From positions 1,344,001 to 1,408,000 of the forward strand of contig CAVTRN010000001.1 of assembly GCA_963737155.1 (NCBI GenBank): DNA of 64,000 nucleotides, given 5' to 3'. A model generated the notes under the pieces. That model was not told the DNA's origin, did no database searches, and saw nothing but the letters and a program-made list of their open reading frames with translations. A program made the translations under genes and the position numbers. Positions 52,541-63,183 of the stretch are shown here, in pieces. The DNA is from Nitrospirota bacterium. GTDB taxonomy: Bacteria; Nitrospirota; UBA9217. How positions within the stretch are numbered: the first letter of the stretch is position 1; each line of letters opens with the position of its first letter.

Positions 52541-52594
52541 TTGCATTTTTTCTGTCCGAGAAATATATTAGCACTCGCCATGAAGGAGTGCTAA
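52541..52594 (+). promoter_or_regulatory. groE promoter with CIRCE (HrcA operator)
   Basis: TTGCAT-17-TATATT; TTAGCACTC-N9-GAGTGCTAA perfect at 52568-52594. Confidence 0.95.
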
Positions 52595-52642
52595 TACTCC
52601 GATGCAATAATAAATATTAACTCACAGAAAGGAGTTGAATGT

Positions 52643-52909
52643 ATGAGTGTCAAATTTAAGCCATTGAAGGATCGAGTGTTCGTAAGCTATACGGCGGAAC
52701 TGGAGAAGACCGCAGGAGGTCTTTATATTCCTGATACTGCCAAGGAAAAGCCGCAGAGTGGCAAAGTCGAAGCAGTGGGTGATGACGTGAAGTCCCTAAA
52801 GGTGGGAGACAAGATTCTCTTTGACCGCTATTCAGGGTCCAAAATCAATATCGACAATGTCGAGTACCTCATCGTAAAAGAGGAAGATGTGCTCGGGGTC
52901 CTGAGCTAA
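52643..52909 (+). CDS. groES: Co-chaperonin GroES
   Basis: KPLKDRV, KTAGGLYIPDTAKEKPQ. Confidence 0.98.
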   Translation: MSVKFKPLKDRVFVSYTAELEKTAGGLYIPDTAKEKPQSGKVEAVGDDVKSLKVGDKILFDRYSGSKINIDNVEYLIVKEEDVLGVLS

Positions 52910-52943
52910 GTCCCTTTTAATTATTAACATCAAGAAAACGTAA

Positions 52944-54626
<1,683 letters not shown>

Positions 54627-54656
54627 GAATAAGTTTTCTTTCAAGAGGAAATACAC

Positions 54657-54693
54657 AGAGGCCGGAGGGATTCATTCCTTCTGGCCTTTTTTT
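54657..54693 (+). terminator. groEL terminator
   Basis: AGGCCGGAGGGA-TTCA-TTCCTTCTGGCCT followed by a T run. Confidence 0.85.
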
Positions 54694-54754
54694 GTCCGAC
54701 GTTATTTTTGTTGTCGAATGGATGGTCCAAAAAATGGAAGTCGGGCCGCCGATA

Positions 54755-55270
54755 GTGAGCACTGGGCAGCGCACTGGTCATGAGGGTTGAAGTCCCTCCG
54801 GCGCTCGGATGAGGTACGCCGTATACAAAGGCGGGGGTAATGCCTCGCTGGCCAGAGGAAGTGGAAGGCATGGAGAAGCCTAAACAGGCACGAAGGCGAA
54901 AGCCGGATACAGCCAAGGCAGACCTGGAGCCACCACGTGCAGCACTTTGGGGAGGGCATGGTGTCCATCGTGAGATGGAATCCGAAGGGCATGAGGAGAA
55001 GTACCGGGCCTTAATCGATGGGGTTACCCCGAGGATGAACCGGTCGGCCAAAGGCGGGTAAGGTCGAGTTTGCACTATTGAAGTCTTTCTCATTCACTCA
55101 CCGCACCACGGTGTTTGCGGGCGGTACGGAAGAATCAGTACGTGACCCCAGGAGGACTCCCGTGGTTTCCGGGTAGCACCGGAATAAGCAACTCTATAAC
55201 CCTTGATGAAATGAGAAGCGACGCCACGAGAGTCGTCGGACGACCAGATAATACCAGAAGTAAGGTGAAA
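54755..55270 (+). mobile_element. Truncated group II intron, 5' part (approx. domains I-III), no RT ORF
   Basis: Starts GTGAG (cf. GUGYG); GAGGG-TTGAAGT-CCCTC and CCATC-GTGA-GATGG hairpins, GGCGAAAGCC, and the D2/D3-like GTCGTCGGACGACCAGATAATACC; no YADD ORF or D5/D6 seen. Confidence 0.7.
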
Positions 55271-55601
55271 CGAAGAATCTAGGAGATCGTCATAAGCTAT
55301 CGAGATAGCTTTGCATGAACTTCAGGCATGAACGATCGTTTTTCAGATCCGGGTTCTTGTTGCCCTCTACATCGATTTCAGGTTTGAATACTGCTATCCG
55401 GTCAAGCGCAATTGACTATTCCCGTTGCTCCAGAGCGTCTGTTTCAGAGCTGCCGTTGTGATCGGAAGAAGGCATTTGTCCCTATTTTTTACGCCAGATG
55501 CGCTATAATAAAATCGGGAGTTATGGTTAATGAGCAATCGGGAATCGAGGACGACTTTTGGACACGAAAACAATTTGATATCTTTCTGAAAGGTGAATCC
55601 C

Positions 55602-56501
55602 ATGAAGATCTTGCTGGCAACAGACGGTTCCGAATACTCTGAGGGTGCAGCCCACTTTCTGGCCAAGATGGCGTGGACGCGGGATGATGCCATTACCATT
55701 CTTCATGTTATCTCTGCGATTCCTTTTCATGAGGATGAAAAGTTTCATTTCAGTACGCTCCAGGCTATAAAAAAAGAGTGTGCTCCCCGTATCCTCGATT
55801 CAACTTTAGATATTCTCAAAACTGTCGATGCGAACATCAGTGTGGAGATTGTGGAAGGCTCCATGAACCAGTGCACGCCTGATCAGTGCATTATCTCCAC
55901 GGCAGAAACCTCGTGTGCGGACCTCATCGTTCTCGGGGGAAGGGGGATAAAGGTGCTTGCATCGATCCTCCTCGGAAGCGTTTCAAGAGCGGTTGCAATC
56001 CACTCGCCGAAGCCAGTCCTGGTTGTAAAATCGCAGCCCCCCGCGCGGCCTAACATAATTAATGTCCTCTATGCCGTTGACGGATCTGACCATTCCCTTA
56101 CCACAGGGCGGGTACTGACTTTCCTGCCCTTGTCTGACACCACCAGTCTCACGATCATGAACGTCATATCATCAAACTTCCTCGACATTCCTGAACGGTT
56201 CGTCCCGGAGATAGGAGAACGCGTCAAGGACGCTGTGGCCGGCATACGGGCAAGGGAGTATTCTCATGCTGAAAAAAATATTGCACAGGCTAGGAATCAA
56301 CTGGAAGGTAGATTTAAACAGATAGAAGCTCTTACCAGGGTCGGAGACCCGTCTACGGAAATATTGAAACAAGCAGAGGCCATGAAGGCGGATCTCATCG
56401 CGGTCGGTTGCCGAGGGCTGCGGGGGGTCAGGGGGACCATGGGCAGTGTATCGAGGAATATCCTTGGTCATGCGACATGTTCTGTGTTGGTCGGCAGGTG
56501 A
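55602..56501 (+). CDS. Tandem universal stress protein
   Basis: Two USP domains (KILLATDGS..GGRG..LGSVS; VLYAVDGS..GCRG..MGSVS). Confidence 0.93.
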   Translation: MKILLATDGSEYSEGAAHFLAKMAWTRDDAITILHVISAIPFHEDEKFHFSTLQAIKKECAPRILDSTLDILKTVDANISVEIVEGSMNQCTPDQCIISTAETSCADLIVLGGRGIKVLASILLGSVSRAVAIHSPKPVLVVKSQPPARPNIINVLYAVDGSDHSLTTGRVLTFLPLSDTTSLTIMNVISSNFLDIPERFVPEIGERVKDAVAGIRAREYSHAEKNIAQARNQLEGRFKQIEALTRVGDPSTEILKQAEAMKADLIAVGCRGLRGVRGTMGSVSRNILGHATCSVLVGR

Positions 56502-56673
56502 TGCAAAAGACACCGCTGGGAGCTGCTTGCCAGCGGTTGAATATGCACATGCCCTATAATAGGCGCGAACGGTATTGACATAACGTCGTTTCAGTGTTAC
56601 CTTTCTCCAGTCGAGCCACATAATCTTATCTCTTTACATTCTCACCTCTTTTTTTCGGGACAGGAGACAGCCG

Positions 56674-57384
56674 ATGCTACCTTTCTATCTGCATGCGAAA
56701 AGTATATCCGATGCATGGTTCCAGCTTATCTATAACATTTTCGACCACTCCTATACGCAAAAAATTCAAAAAGGGTCTTTTGAAAAGGAGCAATATCGGC
56801 TGCAGTATCCCGGTTTGGCCGTGTATATTGAACATCCCTATGAAGACATGATTCCGCAGATCCCGCCAGCACTCGGGATCCCATCGCCGACTACCATGGA
56901 ATACATTGATGACTATTTTGTAAAATATTTAATGGACCCTACTCTCGCGGAGAATGAAACGTACACGTACGCAAGCAGGATTCAGCATCCAATGCCTAAA
57001 GGAGGGACACAGCTTGACCGGGTCATCGAGATGCTGAGGCATACTCCGCTCACGAACCAGGCCATTCTGGAAATAGGTTCCCCCGACGACCATGACGTAT
57101 GCATCGGCAATGATGGCAAACTCGACCCTCCGTGTCTCAGGCTTCTTGACTTCAAGGCAATCCCGGCGAACAATGAATTAGTGCTATCCCTCAGCTGTTA
57201 CTTCCGGTCGTGGGACCTCTGGGCCGGCTTCCCGACGAATCTCGGTGGACTGGAGCTTCTGAAAAAGTATGTTGCGTCGGAAACCGGGCTGAAGAATGGC
57301 CCCATGTATGCGTACAGCGCTGGCGCCCACATCTACGGCTATCAGGAAGACATCGCTCGCATACGAACACTGCGCCAGAAATAA
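56674..57384 (+). CDS. thyA: Thymidylate synthase family protein (short, archaeal-like ThyA)
   Basis: YTYASRI, DPPCLR, YFRSWDLWAGFPTN, AHIY. Confidence 0.8.
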   Translation: MLPFYLHAKSISDAWFQLIYNIFDHSYTQKIQKGSFEKEQYRLQYPGLAVYIEHPYEDMIPQIPPALGIPSPTTMEYIDDYFVKYLMDPTLAENETYTYASRIQHPMPKGGTQLDRVIEMLRHTPLTNQAILEIGSPDDHDVCIGNDGKLDPPCLRLLDFKAIPANNELVLSLSCYFRSWDLWAGFPTNLGGLELLKKYVASETGLKNGPMYAYSAGAHIYGYQEDIARIRTLRQK

Positions 57385-57560
57385 TAGGGGAACCACGTAA
57401 TTTAATGATGTATCAAGATGGGCAATGGAGACTCAAGGTTTGGATGCTGTTAGCGGCAATGAATGCTACAAGAACACACTTGGCGAAAAATGGTTCTGGC
57501 GTCTGCTGATCGGGGTTCTGCCGGCAGGACGCAGGGGCCGGATTAATGTCGCAGAGCAAA

Positions 57561-57594
57561 TAAAATGACCGGAAGGAGAAATCCCTCCGGTCGT
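57561..57594. terminator. Hairpin between convergent thyA and hemY
   Basis: ATGACCGGAAGGA-GAAA-TCCCTCCGGTCGT. Confidence 0.6.
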
Positions 57595-57629
57595 TGTCAT
57601 CTGGTCCTCTTGGCGTTGCCGAATGTCGA

Positions 57630-59054
57630 TTAACTCTTCAATATTTTCTCCGCCGCGATCTGTGCTTCGTGCACGCAGTCGCCGATCCCGATCCCTTTAT
57701 ACGAGCAGCCGATGAGGTGGAGTTTGGGGTGTGTTGCGAGCATCCGGTCGAGCAGGGCTATGCGGTCCAGATGGCCGACCGTATATTTCGGCATTCCTTT
57801 GTTCCAGCGGTATACTTTCGAGAACTGCGCATTCGCTCTGAGCCCGAGAATGCTGTCGAATTCCTGAAGCACCATTTTGACCATGCCTGCATCATCGAGT
57901 TCTTGGACTAGTTCTTCATGATGGCCGCCACCTACAAAAGCACGGATTAAAACAGTATCGTCGGGAGCACGGAAGGACCACTTGATCGAGCTGTAAGTTG
58001 CGGCATTGATTCTTTTCCCTTCGATGCGGGGAACGATGAACCCGAACCCTTTGAGCGGAATTTTGATATCCTCCTTTCGGAAGGCAATCGAAACGGTGGA
58101 GGATGATGACCATTCGATTTTGCCCAGCTGAACGGCCAGCGGTTGATCGAAACTCTTTACCATCGCTGCTGCATCATACGCCGCAGATGCTATCATGACA
58201 TGGTCAGCAAAAAGGGTTTCGCCATTTTCGAGCACGACCGCATAACCTTTGCCCTTCGGCTCAATGGCCTTGACCGGGGATCCCGTGCGGATGGATTCTT
58301 TGCCGATATAGTCGGCACAGGCCTGCGACAGGGTTTGCATGCCGTTCTTGAAGCTCATAAAATAGGTCATCTTCGGTTGGCCGGCTTTGGGTGGCGGGCC
58401 GCTTAGCGTTGCATGAGGCCTGCTCTTCAACGCCGCAAGCATGCCGAGGATCAGGCTGCCGCTTTTTTGCTCCATCTGCACGAAGCGCGGGAATGTTGCA
58501 AGCACGCTCATATTGTCCGGATTTGACGTATGGATACCGGCAACGAGTGGCTCAGCGATCTTCTCCAGACATTCGCGTCCCAGTCTCCGCGTGACAAATA
58601 AGGCAAGACTCTCATCTTCCATGATTTTGCGCTTCGGTACGAAGATGTCCATACCCATGCGCAGCTTGCCGTGCCAGCTGATGAGATGGGATTTTGCCAT
58701 GGGCCAGAACGAGGTGGGAACCATGAGCATGACTCCCTCGGGCAATGAATGGAGTTTTTTTTGTGAGTAAATAAAGGTGCCCTTGAACTGGTCGTTCGAC
58801 GGCAGCATTTCCGTTTCAAGGCCCAGATGCCTTGCAAGGTTCACACTCCAGACCTTCTCCGGAAGGAAACTGTCGGGACCGCCTTCAATGAGGTACTTGT
58901 CCTGCTTCTCTGTCAGGATCTTTCCGCCGAGCCGCCCGTTTTTTTCCAGCAGCAGTACCTCGACGGTTTTGTCATAGGCTTTGGCCCCCGCTTTGAGGTG
59001 GACGGCCGCCGCAAGGCCGGCAATCCCCCCTCCTATAATGATGATTTTCGGCAT
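57630..59054 (-). CDS. hemY: HemY-type proto/coproporphyrinogen oxidase
   Basis: GGGIAGL, RLGGKI, EGGPDSFL, GFGFIVP, GIGIGDCV. Confidence 0.93.
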   Translation of the reverse strand: MPKIIIIGGGIAGLAAAVHLKAGAKAYDKTVEVLLLEKNGRLGGKILTEKQDKYLIEGGPDSFLPEKVWSVNLARHLGLETEMLPSNDQFKGTFIYSQKKLHSLPEGVMLMVPTSFWPMAKSHLISWHGKLRMGMDIFVPKRKIMEDESLALFVTRRLGRECLEKIAEPLVAGIHTSNPDNMSVLATFPRFVQMEQKSGSLILGMLAALKSRPHATLSGPPPKAGQPKMTYFMSFKNGMQTLSQACADYIGKESIRTGSPVKAIEPKGKGYAVVLENGETLFADHVMIASAAYDAAAMVKSFDQPLAVQLGKIEWSSSSTVSIAFRKEDIKIPLKGFGFIVPRIEGKRINAATYSSIKWSFRAPDDTVLIRAFVGGGHHEELVQELDDAGMVKMVLQEFDSILGLRANAQFSKVYRWNKGMPKYTVGHLDRIALLDRMLATHPKLHLIGCSYKGIGIGDCVHEAQIAAEKILKS

Positions 59055-59133
59055 GGTTTTTTCCCTTCACGATGAATGGGGCATTTTTGAGTTGAGTCGA
59101 GCAGCGTCAAATCATCCCCCGACTACAATTTTT

Positions 59134-60033
59134 CTATAATGCTCTTTTGACTACATCGGCCAGCGCCTGGATGAACAAGGGAGAAGTGTTCAGCGACTCC
59201 GCCCTTTCGAAATTGATGCCCAGCTTTGTTGCATGCGCACGGTGGACAATATCGATATCGTATAAGGTCTCCATATGGTCGCAAGTGAAACCGATTGGCA
59301 CTTCAAGCACATTCTGGAACCCTTCCAGGACTATCTGGTTGAGTACTGTCTCCACCTCGGGTTCGATCCAGAGCTCTGTCGCGCGCGCTCCTTTGCTTTG
59401 CCAGGCAACGCGGTATTGGTTCAAGGCCAGACCGTCCGTAACGAGCTTCACCGTCTCCTCAACCTGATGTTGGTATGGATCTCCTGCGGCGATGTACCGC
59501 ACGGGGATGCTATGGCTCGTAAAAATAACAACAACGTTGTCCCGACGTTCTGTCGAGAAACGCTTCAAGCCGTCGAGCACCTTCTCCCTCCATGCTTTAA
59601 CGAACAAAGGATTGTCGTGCCAGCTCGCGATGAACTGCGGACAGGTCTCTCCGCTCCCCAGTCCTTCGCAAGCGCTCCGGTATGCGCCGGTTGTCACTTC
59701 TGTGGCGAAGGGGGACATGGAAAGTGCGATCACCCGACGGGCACCCTCCTTGATGGCCTCCTCGAACGATTCCTGAACGGTGGGATGGGAATACCGGAAA
59801 CCTTCGAAAACCTGGAAGCTGCCGCCCAGCTCCTGTTTGAGTGCGGTAGCCTGTGCTTTTACGAGTTCCGGCAGCGGTGATTTGCCGCCTATGAGTTTAT
59901 ATCGTTCCGTGATTGCCGTAACCACATGGGGTGGAGCAGGCCGCTCCATGAAGGCCGCCATAAAAGGGCCGACCTCATCGAGTGACCGCGGCCCTCCCAG
60001 GGCGATGAGTATTATTGCAGTTTGGTTGGACAT
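59134..60033 (-). CDS. hemH: Ferrochelatase
   Basis: RYKLIGGKSPL, FTSHSIP, GDPY, WQS, GFTCDHMETLYDID. Confidence 0.95.
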   Translation of the reverse strand: MSNQTAIILIALGGPRSLDEVGPFMAAFMERPAPPHVVTAITERYKLIGGKSPLPELVKAQATALKQELGGSFQVFEGFRYSHPTVQESFEEAIKEGARRVIALSMSPFATEVTTGAYRSACEGLGSGETCPQFIASWHDNPLFVKAWREKVLDGLKRFSTERRDNVVVIFTSHSIPVRYIAAGDPYQHQVEETVKLVTDGLALNQYRVAWQSKGARATELWIEPEVETVLNQIVLEGFQNVLEVPIGFTCDHMETLYDIDIVHRAHATKLGINFERAESLNTSPLFIQALADVVKRAL

Positions 60034-60135
60034 AGAATAAAAAAAGGACCAAATATCAGGCAGTGAGGAGTAGGTCGAAGAGTCGGCTAGCTCACTGACT
60101 CCCCCCTCTTGGGTATTTGATCTGGCTGCTTGACC

Positions 60136-61167
60136 CTATCTCTTGCTCAACTCATGCGTTGCGTTAATGAACTCTTCAGCGTGATCGAGCGGCGTCTGCT
60201 GTAAGATACCGTGGCCGAGGTTCATGATGTGGCCTGCTCTTCCTCCCGCCTGGTCAAGGATTTCTTTTGTCCGCTTCCGGATGAACTCCCGGGAGCCGAA
60301 AAGGGAAATGGGGTCGAGATTGCCCTGCACCGACTTGTCGTATCCCACGCGTTTCCAAGCTGCGTCCAGATCGCAGCGCCAGTCAAGGCCGATTACGTCG
60401 CCTCCTGCTTCCGACACCATTTCGAGAAGATGAGTCGCGCCATGGGCGAAGTGGATGATAGGGACGGTCTTCTTGATACCCGCGATTACGTTCTTCTGGT
60501 GCGGTAGAACGAACTCGCGATAGTCGCTGGGTCCCAGCGCACCGACCCAGGAGTCGAAAATCTGCACCACCTGCACACCCGTATTGATTTGGGCGTTCAG
60601 GTAATTGATGATGACGCCAGTTAGGTGCTCCATGAGTTTGTGCCATGTTCTGGGCTCGGAGAACATCATAGCTTTGGCGTGTTCATAGTTGCGAGATCCG
60701 CCACCTTCTATTATGTAAGAAGCGAGCGTGAACGGCGCGCCTGTGAAGCCGATGAGCGGCGTCTTGCCGTTCAATTCCTTCAGCACGATTTTGATGGCCT
60801 TCATCAGGTAATCGATCTGAGATGCTGCATCAATGGGCCTGAGCTTCTCGACGTCGGCCATGGTGCGCACGGGATTATGGATCACCGGGCCCTCTCCCTT
60901 GGCGAATTCAAGGCCGATGCCCATGGGTTCGAGCGGAAGCAGGATATCGGCAAAGATGATGGCTGCGTCAATCTCGTAGCGCCGTACTGGCTGGATCGTA
61001 ACTTCCGCGGCGATTTCGGGAGTCTTGCACATCTCAAGGAATGTATGCTTTTTCCGGATCTCGCGGTATTCGGGAAGATACCTGCCCGCCTGGCGCATCA
61101 TCCACACTGGAGTGCAATCGGCTGGCTCACGTCTGCATGCTTTCAAGAACCTGTCTGCTCTAGACAT
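60136..61167 (-). CDS. hemE: Uroporphyrinogen decarboxylase
   Basis: PVWMMRQAGRYLPEY, FADIL, GAPFTLASY, QGNLDP, NLGHGI. Confidence 0.98.
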   Translation of the reverse strand: MSRADRFLKACRREPADCTPVWMMRQAGRYLPEYREIRKKHTFLEMCKTPEIAAEVTIQPVRRYEIDAAIIFADILLPLEPMGIGLEFAKGEGPVIHNPVRTMADVEKLRPIDAASQIDYLMKAIKIVLKELNGKTPLIGFTGAPFTLASYIIEGGGSRNYEHAKAMMFSEPRTWHKLMEHLTGVIINYLNAQINTGVQVVQIFDSWVGALGPSDYREFVLPHQKNVIAGIKKTVPIIHFAHGATHLLEMVSEAGGDVIGLDWRCDLDAAWKRVGYDKSVQGNLDPISLFGSREFIRKRTKEILDQAGGRAGHIMNLGHGILQQTPLDHAEEFINATHELSKR

Positions 61168-61364
61168 CCTTACTGTCCCCCCATGATGGAAATAATGAAT
61201 TATTTGCCATAGTAAACGCTTATAATAGTATTTTATAGATGAAAACTCAAGCAATATTTCCTGGCAGCATGGATAGGTGAGAGTGTAGCGGTGCAGCGGT
61301 AATGAATTACCTGATAACAGTCATGGGGCGGTACTGTATATTTTGGGGCATGGTGATATATTTT

Positions 61365-61871
61365 TTACTCTGTTTCACAAGGAGGTATGCGTTCTTTTAA
61401 CATCGAGAGCCTCTTCGGCGTCAGTTCGCTTCTGATTGCAAAGTAGGGAAGCGCAGCATCGTCCTTTTTCTTTATGAGCAGCCATTCTTTACCTGTGCCC
61501 TTTGGGAGGCCCTTCATCTGCGCAAGCACAAAGGCACCTTTGAGCTTCTTTCCTTTCAATTCAAAGCTGAGTTTGCCTGATTTCAGCGCTGCTTCGGGAT
61601 CATTGGTCTCTAGCGGCACGAATTCTCCCGTATCCCAGACAATCACTGGCCCCGCACCGTAATTGCCCCCGGGAATGACGCCTTCGAAATCGATATAAAT
61701 CAGATCATGGTCGGGAACCATGATTGCCAGACGTTTGTCCGCGGCGTTCATGGAAGGCCCCTTCGGAATGGCCCAAGATTTGAGCACCCCGCCGATCTCC
61801 AGACGAAAATCATAATGATGTCTTGTTGATTTATGCTCTTGAACGACGAATCGAAGCCGTTTAGCGGCCAT
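61365..61871 (-). CDS. Stand-alone LigD 3'-phosphoesterase (PE) domain protein
   Basis: FVVQEH..HYDFRLE..VLKSWAIPKGPS..KRLA..DH..Y.DFEG.IP..YGAG.V..WD. Confidence 0.92.
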   Translation of the reverse strand: MAAKRLRFVVQEHKSTRHHYDFRLEIGGVLKSWAIPKGPSMNAADKRLAIMVPDHDLIYIDFEGVIPGGNYGAGPVIVWDTGEFVPLETNDPEAALKSGKLSFELKGKKLKGAFVLAQMKGLPKGTGKEWLLIKKKDDAALPYFAIRSELTPKRLSMLKERIPPCETE

Positions 61872-62172
61872 TGCTTGCCTCCCTTGTGTGATCTTATAAT
61901 AATCATTCCATGGGCCCTTGTCTATAGATTGAAGCGATCGAGAAGCTCAGCTTGGTTCTGAAAAGCTATCGTCCCTGCAGAAGGTCATTAATGTTGACTT
62001 GAAAGTAAAATTTTTTCGAATATTTTATCCGCCTTGATTTATCCGAGTAGCAATCTGGTTATGGTCGAAGGGGCGAACCGCTTCCCTGATACAGAATCAT
62101 TCAGGAATGGCGTGCTGCAATTATGCCAATTCTATGCTGTGATGGGCGTGATAATGAATGTTTTAAGACAAC

Positions 62173-62200
62173 AAAAAGGGCGGTGATTTCTCACCGCCCT
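62173..62200 (-). terminator. Terminator of the small membrane protein pair
   Basis: AGGGCGGTGA-TTTC-TCACCGCCCT with an A run on the left. Confidence 0.85.
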
Positions 62201-62255
62201 GGCATTTGCATTCTAAAAGCTTGAGATTTTCCGTCGTTTGGTGACGGGCGTTTCC

Positions 62256-62573
62256 TTACGCCTTTTCGGCAGCAGCCTGCTTGTTGCGCAGAGCTTCGGG
62301 GGTGGAGACTACAAGTCCGGCCACCGTGCCCAGAAGGCCGCCCACCACAATGCTCACCGCGGCCGCGCAGGAAATGCCAACCATGATCCCTATCACAATC
62401 GCCGCCCTGACGACGAGCGTCGGCTCAACCGGACCGCCCATCAGCTTCTGAAGCAGGATCAGAGTCCCGTAGCTCCCGAAATAGAACCCCGGCATGATGC
62501 CGAACACCAGGAATACCAAACCGCCTATTGTTGCACCAATCTTCATACCTGATTTTACCGTCTCGTTCTTCAT
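62256..62573 (-). CDS. Small Gly-rich membrane protein
   Basis: GAGGAG RBS; GATIGGLVFLVFGIMPGFYFG; paralogous to the upstream gene. Confidence 0.8.
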   Translation of the reverse strand: MKNETVKSGMKIGATIGGLVFLVFGIMPGFYFGSYGTLILLQKLMGGPVEPTLVVRAAIVIGIMVGISCAAAVSIVVGGLLGTVAGLVVSTPEALRNKQAAAEKA

Positions 62574-62638
62574 GATAGTGTCTCCTCTTGGCCGCAGCCA
62601 TAGAAATTTGATGTGCCTTCGCACCTGTGATTGTTAAG

Positions 62639-62944
62639 TTATGCAACTTCCGAGGTCTTCTTCTCTGCCGATCCCTCAAGCACTCTGCCCCCGAGCCATC
62701 CCAGGGTGGCCGTGGCGGTAACGATCGTGATCCCCGCGACCACGACGCCCACGAGCATGGAAGAGAGCACGATCGCCCGTGACAAGATGCCTGGATCGAG
62801 GGGAAGCCCGAAGAACAGCCCCGCTACTTTGATTCCCGCGGCGCCGCCCAGAAGACTGCCAGGAAGGAGTCCGAAGAGAGCAAAGATCACCAGCCCTGCG
62901 CCTGCCCCGATGTATGCTGTTTTTCTTGAGAGAGTGGTATTCAT
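62639..62944 (-). CDS. Small Gly-rich membrane protein
   Basis: AGGGGG RBS; GAGAGLVIFALFGLLPGSLLGG. Confidence 0.8.
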   Translation of the reverse strand: MNTTLSRKTAYIGAGAGLVIFALFGLLPGSLLGGAAGIKVAGLFFGLPLDPGILSRAIVLSSMLVGVVVAGITIVTATATLGWLGGRVLEGSAEKKTSEVA

Positions 62945-62983
62945 TTTTGTGTCCCCCTTTTCGTTCAGTCTTGCCAGTGTTAT

Positions 62984-63017
62984 TGCAGTTCGCATGCCAA
63001 AATATAACTGCTTGAAT
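62984..63017 (-). promoter_or_regulatory. sigma54 promoter with adjacent IHF-like site
   Basis: TGGCATGCGAACTGCA (-24 GG/-12 GC spacing); ATTCAAGCAGTTA vs IHF consensus WATCAANNNNTTR. Confidence 0.7.
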
Positions 63018-63183
63018 TCACGCAAAACCAGTCCTGCTCCTATTTGGCAGATGTGAGAAAATGAGGCGTGCATTATATCAAGAATGCAAAGAAACAGTAT
63101 GCTCCTGCGCGGCCGGCGGCATATTCATGGCACTTCAGACAGGGTACCTTTTATCCTCTTGCGCCGAACCCCCCGACTCTTCA

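Noticed and set aside
54641-55093. 150-aa minus-strand ORF
   Set aside because: Antisense to the group II intron fragment; not a credible protein
62039-62150. SAM-I riboswitch resemblance (TTATC..TGCCAATTC)
   Set aside because: Kink-turn/P2 and GCAAC core absent and no downstream same-strand gene
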